In this document: positions 32,316 through 42,039 of the stretch, piece by piece
Layout of the letters: each line of letters starts with the position of its first letter
How positions within the stretch are numbered: position 1 is the first letter of the stretch
From: Leptospira sp.
GTDB taxonomy: Bacteria; Spirochaetota; Leptospiria; Leptospirales; Leptospiraceae
Length of the DNA stretch: 64,000 nt
Assembly: GCA_009991425.1 (NCBI GenBank)
Contig: JAACWH010000033.1
Location: 302-64,301, forward strand
Reading direction: 5' to 3'
Notes under the pieces: generated by a model
Databases searched by the model: none
What the model saw: the letters and a program-made list of their open reading frames with translations, nothing else
Told to the model about the DNA's origin: nothing
Program-made: the position numbers and the translations under genes

Positions 32316-32349
32316 AAAATCCCGAGCGTAATAACTCGGGATTTTTTTG
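32316..32349 (+). terminator. Rho-independent terminator
   Basis: 'aaaatcccgag-cgtaataa-ctcgggatttttttg': a GC-containing stem followed by a T-run. Confidence 0.8.
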
Positions 32350-32763
32350 TTTGAATTTTATTTCATTTCGAAATTTCATACTAGTTATAAAATTTTTGAT
32401 GCTTACTTTCTTCCAGCAGATTGTGTTAGATTATGAATTTAACTCGAAACGATGACAAGAGTTATGATCCTACCAAATAGATATAAAAAATATTCACTTT
32501 TTGTAGAATGTAATTTTACTTTTCTCGAATTAAACTTGTTTATGAATTGATCTCTGCTATTTTTCTTTTAATAAAATCTAAAAGCTACTGAGGTTTTAAA
32601 ATTTATTCATTTTGAAATTCTATTATGTATTAATTAAATTATAATAGAAAGCTATTAAAGTTAATAGAACTCTATCACTTACCGGTTAATCAGTAGGAAA
32701 TAGAGTCAATGTTAATGTGAATTATTATAGATAATAATTAAATTTCTAAAAAAAGAAAATTGC

Positions 32764-33342
32764 TTATTCTTCAGGTGCTGCTTCAGACTCTTTCTTTTCG
32801 GAATTGATTCTACGTTCTCTATTTTGTATTAATTTACTGATGCTGAATCCAGTTTCAACACCTTCGGGTGGGACATGATTTACTCTATCTACCTTTCCTC
32901 TACGAATAATTACTGTAATTTGATCGTCAGGATCTGAGCCTGGAGCATATTTTGAAATAGGTCTATTGTAGATTAGATAATCCCTTTGGTCACCACCTGA
33001 GTGGGTGTCATCAGGTTCCCCTAAATAAGAAATGACAAATTTCTTATTCTTGGATTGAAGTGCGCCTTTGATATCTCCGCGAAGCTTTAATCCATCCAGT
33101 TGCTCGGTAGTAAGTTCATCTCTTTGCTTTCTTTTGATTTCTTGTTCGGTTAGTAAGTCTTGTTCTGATTTCTTTAAAAAGGAAGAACACTTTTCTTCAT
33201 CTTCAAATGTTTCCATACAATTGTTGAATAAATCTTCCTTATTGGATATCTTTACATCCTGGGAGCTACATTGAATAGCTAAGCCTATGCTTAGAATAAA
33301 ACTGATTTTTAATAAATTATTTTTCATTATTGAATTAACCAT
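32764..33342 (-). CDS. Hypothetical lipoprotein
   Basis: Lipobox 'LSIGLAIQC'. The start is either 33342 (1-nt overlap with the secA stop) or 33327 ('MKNNLLK'). Confidence 0.6.
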   Translation of the reverse strand: MVNSIMKNNLLKISFILSIGLAIQCSSQDVKISNKEDLFNNCMETFEDEEKCSSFLKKSEQDLLTEQEIKRKQRDELTTEQLDGLKLRGDIKGALQSKNKKFVISYLGEPDDTHSGGDQRDYLIYNRPISKYAPGSDPDDQITVIIRRGKVDRVNHVPPEGVETGFSISKLIQNRERRINSEKKESEAAPEE

Positions 33343-36098
33343 TAACCTCGTTTATTTCTTCGACTGGATTTCCTTTCGCTTGCACCACCAGCACTAACCG
33401 AGACAGAAACCTTCGGCTTATTATTCATTTCTGCTGGAGATGAACCTGGAATAATTCCGCCTCCATTAGATTTGTTGCCAAAAGTGGAAATACCTTGGTG
33501 GTGTTCTTCGCCAATCTTTCTATATTCTTTAGACTCTTCTTTGACGGGAGCATTCTCAGTTACTTCAACTCTAAATAAGAAAGTTATTATTTCTAATTTG
33601 AGACTTTCAACCATAGCATCGAACATTCGAAAACCTTGCAGTTTATATTCTACTAATGGATTTTTCTCTCCATAACCTACCGCCCAGATTCCATCTCTCA
33701 AATGATCCATAGCATATAAATGTTCCTTCCATCTATGATCCATGATATCTAGGAAAATATTTCTTTCTAAGGACTTCCATACATCTTCGCCTATTTGAAT
33801 GGAACGATTTTTATATCCTTCTTTGAGTGTAGCAAAAACATCATCAAACAATTGCAACTGAGGTTTAGCTGCTTTTTGGTAAGACTCAGCGTTCACAGAA
33901 GATTCTATTCCTAGAGAATGGAGCCATTCATTGAGGCTCTCCAAATCCCAAGCAGAAACATTGTTCCCTTCGCAGGTTCCCAAAATTTGTGATTCAGTAA
34001 TTTCTTCTATATATTCTGTAACTTTTGTGCTAACCGTTTCTTTTTCAAGAATGCTGTTTCTAATTTCATAAATGAACATTCTCTGACGGTTCATTACATC
34101 ATCATATTCTAATAAATGCTTTCTGATATCAAAGTTATGCCCTTCCACTCGCTTCTGAGCCTTTGCAATGGCGGATGAAACCCAAGGATGTTCAATCTCC
34201 TGGCCTTCTGGCATCTTAAGTGATGTCATGATCTTAGAGATTCGATCCGATCCAAAGATCCTCATCAAATCATCTTGTAAGGAAAGGTAAAATCTACTAG
34301 ATCCAGGATCTCCCTGTCTACCAGATCGACCTCTTAATTGGTTATCAATCCTTCGAGATTCGTGACGCTCTGTTCCTATGATATGAAGACCACCTGCCTC
34401 TTTCACAATGGTATTCTTCTTCTTCCATTCCGTTGCTTCGTTTAGAATATTCTGGCAATGAGTTTTAAACTCTTGCTTTTGGATTCTAGCCATTTCCAAA
34501 TTGGCATCTTCCAATTTATTCTTAAGAACCATATCACGAAAAGGAACCAACTCATGGTGCTTCTCACCTAATTCTTCTATGGACTCTTTGTACTTTTGTG
34601 ATCCGCCAAGAACAATATCAGTTCCCCTACCCGCCATGTTAGTTGCGATAGTAATGGCTCCAGGCTTACCAGCATTTGCTATAATCTCAGCTTCTTTCTC
34701 ATGGAACTTCGCATTCAATACGTTATGTGCTAGTCCCTTGGAAGTTAGTAGTTGACTTAAGACTTCTGATTTTTCAATAGAAACAGTTCCAACAAGAATA
34801 GGTTGTTGGTTGGCATTTCTTTCTTTGATTTCATCGGCAATGGCATTGAACTTTTCTTTCTCAGATTGGTAGACCCTGTCCCCGTTATCGATTCGCTTGA
34901 TAGGAACATTGGGAGGAATCACAACAACATCGAGCGAATAGATTTTATGAAATTCTTCTGCCTCAGTATCAGCTGTTCCTGTCATACCAGCTAATTTATC
35001 ATAGATTCTAAAATAATTCTGAAACGTGATTGAAGCCAAAGTCTGAGATTCTCTAGCAATAGTAACCGCTTCCTTGGCTTCAAGAGCTTGGTGTAAGCCA
35101 TCGGAATACCTTCTACCTGGCATGAGTCGTCCCGTAAATTCATCTACAATAATTACCTCGCCGCCTTGGACTACATAATCCACATCTTTCTTGAAGATGT
35201 AATGAGCTTTTAGTGCTTGGTTTACGTGGTGGACTAAATCTACATTTTCAGGGGCATAGAGATTATCTATGGAGAGTAATTTCTCAACGCTACTCACACC
35301 AACCTCGGTAAGAAGTGCATTTCTTGCTTTTTCGTCTAACTCATAATCGTCGACTTCTACTAATTTAGGAATCACTTTATTTACTCGGATATATTTGTCC
35401 GTAGTCTCATCGGTTGGCCCAGATATAATTAATGGAGTTCTTGCCTCATCAATTAAAATAGAATCCACCTCATCCACAATTGCAAAAAAATGATCTCTCT
35501 GCACCTTATGCTCTTTAAACGAAACCATATTATCTCTGAGATAGTCAAAACCATACTCGTTATTTGTTCCATAAGTAATGTCTGAGTTGTATGCATCTTG
35601 TCGTAGTTTATGATCCATATCATGCTGAATGATTCCAACAGTAACTCCTAGAAAGTCAAAGATGGGCTTCATCCACATCGCATCACGACGTGCTAGATAA
35701 TCGTTCACTGTTACAACATGTACACCTCGTCCAGCGAGTGAATTTAGATAGATCGCCAGTGTCGAAGTAAGAGTCTTTCCTTCCCCAGTCTTCATCTCAG
35801 CAATCTTGCCTCCATGAAGGGCGATTCCACCCATCATTTGTACGTCGAAATGACGCATACCCATTGTACGCATCGAAACTTCACGAACAGTTGCAAAAGC
35901 TTCTGGCAAAATTTCATCCAAAGTCTGGCCTTGGGCAAGTAGCTCTTTGAACTTGAGAGTCTGCTTGCCTAGCATTTCATCTGATAATTCTTTTATATTT
36001 GCTTCGAGAGAGTTAATCATTGCTACTATAGGAGCAGTCTTCTTCATATCTCTTTCATGTTTGGATCCCATAAAGAATCCCAGTAATTTATCGATCAT
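33342..36098 (-). CDS. secA: Preprotein translocase ATPase SecA
   Basis: 918 aa. '[13 protein letters not shown]', '[21 protein letters not shown]' and '[10 protein letters not shown]'. Confidence 0.97.
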   Translation of the reverse strand: MIDKLLGFFMGSKHERDMKKTAPIVAMINSLEANIKELSDEMLGKQTLKFKELLAQGQTLDEILPEAFATVREVSMRTMGMRHFDVQMMGGIALHGGKIAEMKTGEGKTLTSTLAIYLNSLAGRGVHVVTVNDYLARRDAMWMKPIFDFLGVTVGIIQHDMDHKLRQDAYNSDITYGTNNEYGFDYLRDNMVSFKEHKVQRDHFFAIVDEVDSILIDEARTPLIISGPTDETTDKYIRVNKVIPKLVEVDDYELDEKARNALLTEVGVSSVEKLLSIDNLYAPENVDLVHHVNQALKAHYIFKKDVDYVVQGGEVIIVDEFTGRLMPGRRYSDGLHQALEAKEAVTIARESQTLASITFQNYFRIYDKLAGMTGTADTEAEEFHKIYSLDVVVIPPNVPIKRIDNGDRVYQSEKEKFNAIADEIKERNANQQPILVGTVSIEKSEVLSQLLTSKGLAHNVLNAKFHEKEAEIIANAGKPGAITIATNMAGRGTDIVLGGSQKYKESIEELGEKHHELVPFRDMVLKNKLEDANLEMARIQKQEFKTHCQNILNEATEWKKKNTIVKEAGGLHIIGTERHESRRIDNQLRGRSGRQGDPGSSRFYLSLQDDLMRIFGSDRISKIMTSLKMPEGQEIEHPWVSSAIAKAQKRVEGHNFDIRKHLLEYDDVMNRQRMFIYEIRNSILEKETVSTKVTEYIEEITESQILGTCEGNNVSAWDLESLNEWLHSLGIESSVNAESYQKAAKPQLQLFDDVFATLKEGYKNRSIQIGEDVWKSLERNIFLDIMDHRWKEHLYAMDHLRDGIWAVGYGEKNPLVEYKLQGFRMFDAMVESLKLEIITFLFRVEVTENAPVKEESKEYRKIGEEHHQGISTFGNKSNGGGIIPGSSPAEMNNKPKVSVSVSAGGASERKSSRRNKRG

Positions 36099-36101
36099 CG
36101 A

Positions 36102-36797
36102 TCAAACCTCATTTTCAATCATATTGCGGAAGATAACTCTTGAAGTAGCTTCCATAGTCTTTAATTTATCTAGCCAATCACTAGGATCAACTTTTGCGGA
36201 ATGAATAAAATCTTTGTGCACATTTTTCCATACGTTCAACATATCAGAATTAGGCTCCAGATGTGCTTGGATGCCCGAGACTCTATCCTCAAAGGAATAC
36301 ATTTGCGAAGGATATTTCTCAGAAGATAAAAGGTGCTTTGTTCCATAGGGGATATCAAAGGTATCCTCATGTAGATGGAAGGCAGAAAGAGTCTCCGAAT
36401 TGATTCCCTGGAAAGCTACAGAGGATTTGTCCAAAATTTTGCAATCAGCGAATCCAACTTCTGGACCCTTACCACCTTTTCGAATCTTAGAACCCATGAC
36501 TTCTGCGATAATTTGCGAACCCAAACAAACTCCAATAAGCTTTGCTTTCTTCACACTTAGAACGCCTTCCACCAAATTGAAGTAAGGCTCAAAAAAATGA
36601 AATAGATTTGGATCAGAAACCGATTGAGGCCCACCCATAAGCAGTATTAAATCAAAACTCAAATGGGAATAAGGGATTAAGTGAAGGCCTTTTTGGTAGG
36701 CGTTATGGTATGTAATGCGGTAGCCTTTTTCTTTGAGAATATCAGCTATTATTCCTGGCCCCTCGCAATCAATAAAGCGAACTACAAGGCATCTCAT
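36102..36797 (-). CDS. Class I glutamine amidotransferase-like protein
   Basis: Nucleophile elbow 'IGVCLGSQ'. 231 aa. Confidence 0.8.
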   Translation of the reverse strand: MRCLVVRFIDCEGPGIIADILKEKGYRITYHNAYQKGLHLIPYSHLSFDLILLMGGPQSVSDPNLFHFFEPYFNLVEGVLSVKKAKLIGVCLGSQIIAEVMGSKIRKGGKGPEVGFADCKILDKSSVAFQGINSETLSAFHLHEDTFDIPYGTKHLLSSEKYPSQMYSFEDRVSGIQAHLEPNSDMLNVWKNVHKDFIHSAKVDPSDWLDKLKTMEATSRVIFRNMIENEV

Positions 36798-37384
36798 AGA
36801 TTTCTAGCTCCCATAGTATGAAAGAAAAATTGAACTCTTGGATCTGCGTCAATCTGTGAAATTTCTTCCTTCTCAGATAGCGAACCAATAAAATTATAAT
36901 ATATATTCCAAGGTTTTGTGCGAATTATGATAGTCTCTGGTGTTGCTGTAACAAAGGCTTCGTTAGAAACGGAAAATGGCTGGTTCATAAGTAAAATCGG
37001 GATACTGATTCCCCTTTTCTTCACCTCAGCTTTCATAATTGCAGTCGCTCTAGCAAGAGGTTCATCGGTTCCATAATCTCCTGAAGTGGTTTCAGATACC
37101 GAAATTGGATCAACTACCAAATACAATCCAAACCTTGTATCCTTCTTAAGTCGGGAAGCTATCCTTTCAAGAGCGGGTAATTCCTTGAAGCAAGGAATAC
37201 AGGTAGGAGAATAGACATTGAGAGCCAGAGTATCAAATCCACTTTCCGAAAGATCTACAGGCTGATTGGTTTCTAAATCAATTCCAGTCCAATTCGCCTC
37301 AAGACCCATTTGGGACTTGGGGGAATCCAAACAATTGACGATTAGGAAAATTGAGGAAAATACTAGTACTGATAATCGTGCCAT
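36794..37384 (-). CDS. Thioredoxin-fold (TlpA/redoxin-like) lipoprotein
   Basis: Signal peptide with 'FLIVNC' and CxxC motif 'SPTCIPCFKELP'. Confidence 0.65.
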   Translation of the reverse strand: MARLSVLVFSSIFLIVNCLDSPKSQMGLEANWTGIDLETNQPVDLSESGFDTLALNVYSPTCIPCFKELPALERIASRLKKDTRFGLYLVVDPISVSETTSGDYGTDEPLARATAIMKAEVKKRGISIPILLMNQPFSVSNEAFVTATPETIIIRTKPWNIYYNFIGSLSEKEEISQIDADPRVQFFFHTMGARNL

Positions 37385-37457
37385 AAATTTGATGAAGAGC
37401 CTTTATTTCCAAGGTAGAATGAAACCTTTGGCAAGCAAGCTTTAATGATTTAGACTC

Positions 37458-37485
37458 TTGACAATATACCCGCAATTTTTAGATT
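37458..37485 (+). promoter_or_regulatory. Candidate sigma-70 promoter
   Basis: TTGACA (37458-37463), a 16-nt spacer and TAGATT (37480-37485), about 40 nt upstream of the ATG at 37525. Confidence 0.3.
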
Positions 37486-37524
37486 GGTGTTCTGCAATCT
37501 TTTTTTTAGGATCCAAGGAAAAAT

Positions 37525-37998
37525 ATGAGCCAAAACCAAGACTTTGATATCGTGAAACTTATTGAACTATCTAGACATAAGAAATACGAGAGTACAGTAG
37601 CGGGATTTGGTGCCATTGACAAGCTTGAAAGAGTTGCAATTCCAAAGAAAATGAGATCTAGAAAGATCGCTGTGCAAGCACTTCATGCACTATCTGAGAA
37701 CCTTGTTCAATATAAATATTTGACAAGCGATGAGAAAGATAGCATCCAAGCTGAAGTAAATCGTAGAAATCCTAATTACAATCGTAATAATCCTATCCTT
37801 GCCCCAACTTCTGCACCTATTTCTGATGAGATTTCGGAAGAAGATGAACTTCCTGCTGATGATGCCACTTTCAAGCCAGATTATGTGGATGATCGTTATA
37901 ACGAAGATAATATGCAAGAAGAAGGCGATCTTGACGACGATGATGATGAAGACGAGGATGATGACGATGATAAAGATGACGACTCAGAGGAAGATTAG
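37525..37998 (+). CDS. Hypothetical protein with a highly acidic C-terminal tail
   Basis: 157 aa ending 'EGDLDDDDDEDEDDDDDKDDDSEED'. The ATG is preceded by 'aaggaaaaat'. Confidence 0.6.
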   Translation: MSQNQDFDIVKLIELSRHKKYESTVAGFGAIDKLERVAIPKKMRSRKIAVQALHALSENLVQYKYLTSDEKDSIQAEVNRRNPNYNRNNPILAPTSAPISDEISEEDELPADDATFKPDYVDDRYNEDNMQEEGDLDDDDDEDEDDDDDKDDDSEED

Positions 37999-38298
37999 AA
38001 TATTCCTTTCAGTCCAATACAAGACTCGAATGGTCGGTTAATTAATTTCCATCATTCTGAGTCGAATCTGTGGATACACTCCAAGAAGAACCCTGAACTC
38101 GAAGCCTCACGGCAAATTCCTACTAATATTCCCACTTCTCTTGAATCCCTTGCAATTATTGGCAATGGAGCACTTTACTTTTTAAAGGCATTTTTAAACT
38201 ACATCCAAGAAAATTCATCCAAAACTCCCACCTTACAAGCAATCTATTATTTTGAGCCAATTTTTGAAATTACTGAAGATTTACATTTTCAAAAGGAA

Positions 38299-39474
38299 TT
38301 GGAAGGAATAAGACAAGGTTTCAAAAGTTTAAACTTAGAATTTCATTATTACTCCGACCAGAATCAATTTACAAATGCCATTGATTCTTTTCCAATTACC
38401 AGAACTCCTAATTCAACTGCTTCCGTTAATCGATTCTACCTTTTTTGCCATCCTTATTATAAAAGACAATTTCCAGAACTATGCCAGACCTTTGAGAAAA
38501 AATTCCAGGAATTTCGTGAGAATTTAGGAAATATTAAAAAAGGAATCAATCAAAACACTATAGATCATTTTTCTTATAGGTGGACTTCAAATTATTTTCA
38601 AAACCTCCTAGAATCAGATACATTTCGTATCCTTAAGCCGGATCAATTTTCCCCCAAACTTCCCGCTGTATTTGTAGGTGCTTCCTCGATTCTAGAAAAT
38701 CAATGGGAGTCTATTCGTAAATATAGAAACAGTATCTATTTAATCTCATCTGATACAGCTTTGAAATCTATACTTCATTTAGGAATTATTCCCGATGCTG
38801 TGATAAGTGTAGATTCTAGTAGAGGCACACATTTTCATCTTATGGAAAAGCTTCCTCCTGGTATAAATATTTTTACTTGGTTAGGTGGGTCTAGAATACA
38901 GTTCTATACTAGACAAAATCTATATCTATTTCTAACAAATCATCCTTTAGACCAATGGACAGCGCAGATCAATCGTATACCAGATAATTGGATACTAAAC
39001 AATCCTAGTCGTAATATTGCAGGCTTATGCATTAGTCTTGCTAGGTATTTAGGATTTCGTTCTATTTACCTCGCAGGCTTCGAATTAAAATCTCAGTCAG
39101 ACAAAACGCATGTGAGAGGAACAGGTTATGAATCCTATGGAATTCCATTACTCAATCGAAAGAAATCTCTCACTTCCTTCTATCCAAGGCGAGTTTATAG
39201 TAAGGAATATACACAAAAGAATTCAGAATCGATGAAGGCTATACTTTCTACCAAGAACATAGAAGTTAAAATTCTAGATGATAGCTCTAATCAACTAAGC
39301 AGTCTCATTTCAGATCATGGAAATAATAAATTTACCTCTTATTATAAAAGTCAACTTGATTATTTAGAATTTCCCCTGCCTGCCTCTCTGTATTTAAATT
39401 CTATTGCAGGTCAAGAAATTTCTGGGATAAGTAAACAAGTTGTCAAAAGGTTTCAATCTCAATTCCTAAAATAA
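38299..39474 (+). CDS. DUF115 / MptE-like (motility-accessory-factor-like) protein; true start probably upstream
   Basis: 'VFVGASSILENQWESIRKYRNSIYLISSDTALKSILHLGIIPDAVISVDS' fits the DUF115 core. The same frame stays open back to the TAG at 37996-37998 and encodes plausible protein, but it has no ATG/GTG/TTG. Confidence 0.7.
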   Translation: MEGIRQGFKSLNLEFHYYSDQNQFTNAIDSFPITRTPNSTASVNRFYLFCHPYYKRQFPELCQTFEKKFQEFRENLGNIKKGINQNTIDHFSYRWTSNYFQNLLESDTFRILKPDQFSPKLPAVFVGASSILENQWESIRKYRNSIYLISSDTALKSILHLGIIPDAVISVDSSRGTHFHLMEKLPPGINIFTWLGGSRIQFYTRQNLYLFLTNHPLDQWTAQINRIPDNWILNNPSRNIAGLCISLARYLGFRSIYLAGFELKSQSDKTHVRGTGYESYGIPLLNRKKSLTSFYPRRVYSKEYTQKNSESMKAILSTKNIEVKILDDSSNQLSSLISDHGNNKFTSYYKSQLDYLEFPLPASLYLNSIAGQEISGISKQVVKRFQSQFLK

Positions 39475-39502
39475 TAAGAATTCAGAAATTCCCCTATAAT
39501 AA

Positions 39503-39655
39503 CTAGGATACTTTTGTATTCTTTTTATTCCAGAATCTTAAAGCGATCTCGCGATTCTTTGATTCTTCTTCCCAAGATTTCTCTCTTTCCACTGCTTGGA
39601 GTATTTGTTCAACTCTTCTTTCCATCATCTCTCTCAATTCGTCGTGGTTTACCAT
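39503..39655 (-). CDS. Small charged helical protein (50 aa), not in the ORF track
   Basis: Translated by hand as 'MVNHDELREMMERRVEQILQAVEREKSWEEESKNREIALRFWNKKNTKVS'. AGGAGA lies 8 nt upstream of the ATG. Confidence 0.35.
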   Translation of the reverse strand: MVNHDELREMMERRVEQILQAVEREKSWEEESKNREIALRFWNKKNTKVS

Positions 39656-39712
39656 AATTATTTTCTCCTATAAAAACAGATTACTACAACCTACAGACAA
39701 AAATGCAGTGAT

Positions 39713-41272
39713 TTGAAAAAAATATTTGCAATAGGGGACATTTTTCAATATTTTGAAGGGTACGTGAGCTCCAAAATAAATTCAGAAGAAATCTTAAAAC
39801 AACTCCAATCCGGTGAAGATGTTACTATAAAATACCAATTTATATCGGATAGCACAACGCAAGATGTATATGCAATGCTAATCCACGTCCTAGGTGGGAT
39901 TGATAAGTTATATCTTGTCGAAGTTGTTTATACTGTCATCAAAGAGGCCTTGATGAATGCAACTAAGGCAAATGCTAAAAGACAGTATTTTATGCTCAAA
40001 AATCTAGATATCAACGATAAAACCCAATATTTCCAAGGAATGAATGGTTTTAGAGACGATATAATTATGAAATGGAATGAACAGGAAGATAACCTAACTG
40101 GATCCAAGTTTTACATTGCTCTTCGAATGAAGATAAAGAACAAAGAGATGATGATTCTTGTTGAAAATAATTCCCCGCTTCTTCCAGAAGAACAAGAGCG
40201 AATACAGAAGCGCATCGACTCAGCAAAAAAATACAATGATCTTTCAGAAGCCTTTATGGATATGGGAGATACCCAGGAAAGTGCTGGTTTAGGAATTATT
40301 TTAAGTCAGCTCCTACTTAAGAACTCAGGCATAGGTCAGGATAAATTCAAGATTACAAATACAGGCAAAGAAACAAGAGTTAGTTTACTAGTTCCTGAGA
40401 ACACAGTTCCCATTGAAGTCTCAAATAAAATCAAAACCAAAATCTTAAATGAAATGGATGGTCTTCCACCACTTCCTCAATCTTTAACGAAGATTATCAA
40501 TTTATGCAATAATCCTGATTCTGATTTAAATGTTATTGCTTCTGAGATTGAGAAGAACCCTGCTCTTTCAGCAGATATTCTGAAACTTTCCAATTCTGCT
40601 GGATTCATGAGTAGAAGTAGAGTGAATACAATTTTGCAAGCTGTAAAAGTTGTTGGATTGAAGAACATCCGTAACCTACTCTATGTTACTGGCGTTCGAA
40701 AAGTTATGGAAGGCCAATATGGAAAGATCCAAGAAGTATGGGATCATTCCAATCGAACATCGTTTTATGCTCGTTATATTTCAAATGAATCAGGTCGGTT
40801 GAAAATTGGAGATATAGTTGCAGTAGGCGGTCTACTTCATGATCTAGGAAAATTACTATTATTATCTATTGAGAAGAATTTATTTAATAAATTAGTCGCT
40901 TACCAAAAAGGTAAAGAGATGAATAACTCAACATTACTTGAAGAGATATCTTTAGGAGTTAGCCACGCCAGTCTTGGAGCACAGTTAGCCAAAAAATGGG
41001 ATTTCCCTGAGGATCTTGTCACTATTATAGATTACCATCATAAACCTTATATAACACCAGAACCTTACAAAGAAATTGTGGAATTAGTCTATATCGCAAA
41101 CATGATGGCTGATGTTCAGGATGCCAAGCGCGGATATTTTACTATTGATCCTGGTTTACTCAAGAAATTTACAAACACAGATTCCTTAGAGACCTTCCAA
41201 ATTTATCTGGATAGAGTTGAAAAAGGTTACCAACACAGCATCAACGAAGAGAAGATGTTAGCTGGTAAATGA
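39713..41272 (+). CDS. HDOD domain signalling protein with an N-terminal histidine-kinase-like ATPase fold
   Basis: TTG start. N-box-like 'EALMNATKAN' and G-box-like 'ESAGLGIILS'. HDOD region 'LPPLPQSLTKIINLCNNPDSDLNVIASEIEKNPALSADILKLSNSAGF' and 'GGLLHDLGK'. Confidence 0.8.
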   Translation: MKKIFAIGDIFQYFEGYVSSKINSEEILKQLQSGEDVTIKYQFISDSTTQDVYAMLIHVLGGIDKLYLVEVVYTVIKEALMNATKANAKRQYFMLKNLDINDKTQYFQGMNGFRDDIIMKWNEQEDNLTGSKFYIALRMKIKNKEMMILVENNSPLLPEEQERIQKRIDSAKKYNDLSEAFMDMGDTQESAGLGIILSQLLLKNSGIGQDKFKITNTGKETRVSLLVPENTVPIEVSNKIKTKILNEMDGLPPLPQSLTKIINLCNNPDSDLNVIASEIEKNPALSADILKLSNSAGFMSRSRVNTILQAVKVVGLKNIRNLLYVTGVRKVMEGQYGKIQEVWDHSNRTSFYARYISNESGRLKIGDIVAVGGLLHDLGKLLLLSIEKNLFNKLVAYQKGKEMNNSTLLEEISLGVSHASLGAQLAKKWDFPEDLVTIIDYHHKPYITPEPYKEIVELVYIANMMADVQDAKRGYFTIDPGLLKKFTNTDSLETFQIYLDRVEKGYQHSINEEKMLAGK

Positions 41273-42039
41273 TCCATATACAAAATCTTTCCTACTTAAG
41301 AAATGATGACGTTATTCTTGACCAAGTAAATCTTGAGATCAAACAAGGCGAACAATGGATTATTCTTGGTAGGAATGGTGCAGGGAAAACAAGCCTAATT
41401 AATATGATCTACGGCTATTCTTGGCCAACTTCAGGGATCATAAAAGTTTTTGGAATTGAGTATGGCTCTGAACCACTTAGGCAGATCCAAGAGGAAATTG
41501 GTATCCTTCAATCAAACCAACAAAGCAATCTATTACAAAGAAACCTAACTTCTTTAGAAATTATCATTTCAGGATTGCATTCTAATTTAGGAATCTACCG
41601 TGAAATAACAGAAATCGAAATTAGCTCAGCAAAACAATTATTGGAAGAGCATAGTTTACTTCATCTTTCGGAACGAAATTTCCAAATTCTCTCCAGTGGG
41701 GAAAAATCAAAAATCCTTTTACTTCGCTCCATCATACGTAAACCAAAAATACTAATTTTAGATGAGCCAACTTCTTCCTTGGATTTAAAAGCTTGTTATG
41801 AATTTTTTAACTTGCTCCAGTCAATTATAGAAAAGTATAAAATTACTTGCGTACAAATCGTTCACAGATTGGAAGATATTCCTAAGTATTTTACTCATAT
41901 TGCTATGATGAAACAGGGACGTATTGTTCAATCAGGACTGATAGATTCTATTTTAAATTTGAAGAATCTATCATCATTATATGAATTACCTGAGGATTGG
42001 TTCCAATCCTTCCAGATGTTTAATTCCTGGAAGCATTGA
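41269..42039 (+). CDS. ABC transporter ATP-binding protein (ModF-like, no adjacent permease)
   Basis: Walker A 'GRNGAGKTS', signature 'LSSGEKSK' and Walker B 'ILILDEPTSSLD'. Confidence 0.85.
   Translation: MIHIQNLSYLRNDDVILDQVNLEIKQGEQWIILGRNGAGKTSLINMIYGYSWPTSGIIKVFGIEYGSEPLRQIQEEIGILQSNQQSNLLQRNLTSLEIIISGLHSNLGIYREITEIEISSAKQLLEEHSLLHLSERNFQILSSGEKSKILLLRSIIRKPKILILDEPTSSLDLKACYEFFNLLQSIIEKYKITCVQIVHRLEDIPKYFTHIAMMKQGRIVQSGLIDSILNLKNLSSLYELPEDWFQSFQMFNSWKH

Noticed and set aside
32350-32763. Roughly 410-nt gene-free AT-rich stretch after the porin operon, examined for sRNA, riboswitch or CRISPR-like repeats
   Set aside because: It contains only a 15-codon ORF and short AT-only inverted repeats. 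There are no periodic repeats and no GC-supported structure. I cannot support any feature here by eye.
37690-38041. Alternative-frame ORFs (37690-37917 minus strand, 37799-38041 plus strand) over the acidic-tail region
   Set aside because: They are by-products of the GAT/GAA-rich repeat coding for the poly-Asp/Glu tail. Their translations are low-complexity (poly-Ile/Met/Thr).
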